53,011 nucleotides of DNA from Syntrophobacterales bacterium (GTDB taxonomy: Bacteria; Desulfobacterota; Syntrophia; Syntrophales; CAMTWB01): positions 1 through 53,011 of the forward strand of contig JBBIRO010000014.1 of the NCBI GenBank assembly GCA_037441775.1, given 5' to 3'. Below are positions 51,517 through 53,011 of the stretch, in pieces. Every line of letters begins with the position of its first letter. Position 1 is the first letter of the stretch. The position numbers were made by a program, and so were the translations under genes. The notes under the pieces were generated by a model, which was not told the DNA's origin, made no database searches, and saw nothing but the letters and a program-made list of their open reading frames with translations.

Positions 51517-52622
51517 GTATTGACCGAAGAATTATTGCAAGCTTCGACTGGCCGCTTTTGCTTTTAGTTCTCACAATATGCGCGTTGGGACTAATCAATC
51601 TTTACAGCGCCGGTCATAGTTTAAAATTGGTGACGCAGGAGCCATATTATATCAAGCAGTTAAAATGGATCGCTATCGGTATTTTTTTTATGGTGATCTC
51701 GTTTTCCTTGGATTACCGGACCATCACCAGACATGCCTATTTGATCTACGTGGTCTCGATAATTATGCTGTTACTCGTCCTTGTATTTGGAAAGACGGCT
51801 CAGGGCGCCCAGCGGTGGCTTAGTTTTGCCGGATTTAGCTTTCAGCCCTCAGAATTAGTCAAGTTGGTCCTGATCCTTGTTTTAGCCAGGTATTTTGAAG
51901 ATCGGAGGATTGATGATAAACTCCATCTTTCCGATCTGGCAGTTCCTTTTCTCCTTATGGGATTGCCGTTTGCGCTGATTTTAAAACAACCTGATCTGGG
52001 GACCGCCCTGATTCTAGGCGCTATTTTTTTCCTGATCGTTTTTTTTGTCGGTGTAAAATGGAGATCGCTTTTACTGGGGTCCGGCGCCTTGATACTGTTG
52101 ACGCCTTTGTCATGGTACCTGCTTAGAGACTATCAGAAGGAAAGACTGCTTACCTTTTTAAATCCGGAGCGGGACCCGCTGGGCGCCGGTTATCACACTA
52201 TACAGTCAATCATTGCCATCGGTTCAGGAAAACTAACCGGAAAGGGGTTTCTGGCAGGTTCGCAAACGCAACTAAAATTTCTCCCGGAGCAACAGACGGA
52301 TTTTGTGTTTTCCGTGCTGGCTGAGGAATGGGGCTTTGCCGGCGCAATGTTAGTGATTATATTACTGTTTGTTTTGGTTACCATGGGATTGAAGATTGCA
52401 TCCGGCGCCCGTGATGCAAGCGGTGCAATTATCGCTTTTGGCGTTACGGTATTTATTGCGCTGGGAGTTTTTGTTAACATCGGGATGGTTCTCGGAATTC
52501 TGCCGGTGGTGGGAGTGCCCCTCCCGTTTCTTAGTTACGGCGGCTCTTCAATTTTGGTGCTGATGGTAGGAGTTGGTTTGCTGCTTAATGTTAGCGGACG
52601 GCGCTTTTTGCTTTACGGTTGA
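51513..52622 (+). CDS. rodA: SEDS glycosyltransferase RodA
   Basis: GAQRW, QPSE, QPDLGT, TDFVFS, SYGGSS. Confidence 0.95.
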   Translation: MSIDRRIIASFDWPLLLLVLTICALGLINLYSAGHSLKLVTQEPYYIKQLKWIAIGIFFMVISFSLDYRTITRHAYLIYVVSIIMLLLVLVFGKTAQGAQRWLSFAGFSFQPSELVKLVLILVLARYFEDRRIDDKLHLSDLAVPFLLMGLPFALILKQPDLGTALILGAIFFLIVFFVGVKWRSLLLGSGALILLTPLSWYLLRDYQKERLLTFLNPERDPLGAGYHTIQSIIAIGSGKLTGKGFLAGSQTQLKFLPEQQTDFVFSVLAEEWGFAGAMLVIILLFVLVTMGLKIASGARDASGAIIAFGVTVFIALGVFVNIGMVLGILPVVGVPLPFLSYGGSSILVLMVGVGLLLNVSGRRFLLYG

Positions 52623-52663
52623 AAGCATTTGAATTTTCTGCGACACGGGATAAGGAGGTCACG

Positions 52664-53011
52664 GTGACCAAAAAAAATGAAAATGACGAAGCAAGCTCTT
52701 TTTTGGGGAAGGGGGCTTCATTTTGCGGTAAGTTGATTTTTACTGAGACGGTAAGGATAGATGGTAACTTTGAAGGTGAAATTTTTGGCGAGGGGACGCT
52801 GGTGATCGGTGCGAAAGCTGAAATCAAGGCCCGGATAAAGGTCGTGAAGGCGCTGATCAGCGGCAATGTTTACGGTTACATTAATGCAAAAGATAAGGTT
52901 GAAATTCATTCCACTGGGTGTTTTTTCGGTGATATGAAAGCTTCCCGGCTGGTCATTTATGAAGGAGCCATCTTTGAGGGAAGCTGCTGTATGAAACGCG
53001 GTGATGAGGAG
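52664..53011 (+). CDS. Bactofilin (polymer-forming cytoskeletal protein), runs off the window end
   Basis: Not in the ORF track. GTG after TAAGGAGG translates to MTKKNENDEASSFLGKGASFCGKLIFTETVRIDGNFEGEIFGEGTLVIGAKAEIKA...LVIYEGAIFEGSCCM, a typical bactofilin beta-helix. Confidence 0.9.
   Translation, partial: MTKKNENDEASSFLGKGASFCGKLIFTETVRIDGNFEGEIFGEGTLVIGAKAEIKARIKVVKALISGNVYGYINAKDKVEIHSTGCFFGDMKASRLVIYEGAIFEGSCCMKRGDEE

Overview
A 53 kb bacterial chromosomal segment. Gene content and protein style suggest an anaerobic deltaproteobacterium (Desulfobacterota, Syntrophales-like); this is inferred, not searched. The housekeeping backbone is dnaJ, purC, trxA, bamD, a ppiD/surA-like gene, tRNA-Ala(GGC), tRNA-Leu(CAA), rsmB, fmt, priA, dksA and mreBCD-mrdA-rodA plus a bactofilin. 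Accessory modules: (1) a 10-gene type II fatty-acid/lipid cluster with no enoyl-ACP reductase but an acyl-CoA dehydrogenase, divergent from a histidine kinase/sigma54 activator pair; (2) a TRAP/amidase/oxidoreductase block between fmt and rsmB; (3) an aldehyde:ferredoxin oxidoreductase pair; (4) the most striking item, a SAMHD1-like HD phosphohydrolase translationally coupled to a full-length class III ribonucleotide reductase homologue. That homologue has lost its glycyl-radical Gly (RITHY) and apparently its catalytic Cys residues, but keeps the ATP cone and Zn ribbon, so it is probably a nucleotide-sensing pseudoenzyme. Intergenic regions carry several MITE/REP-like palindromic elements. 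All family calls come from motif recognition by eye.
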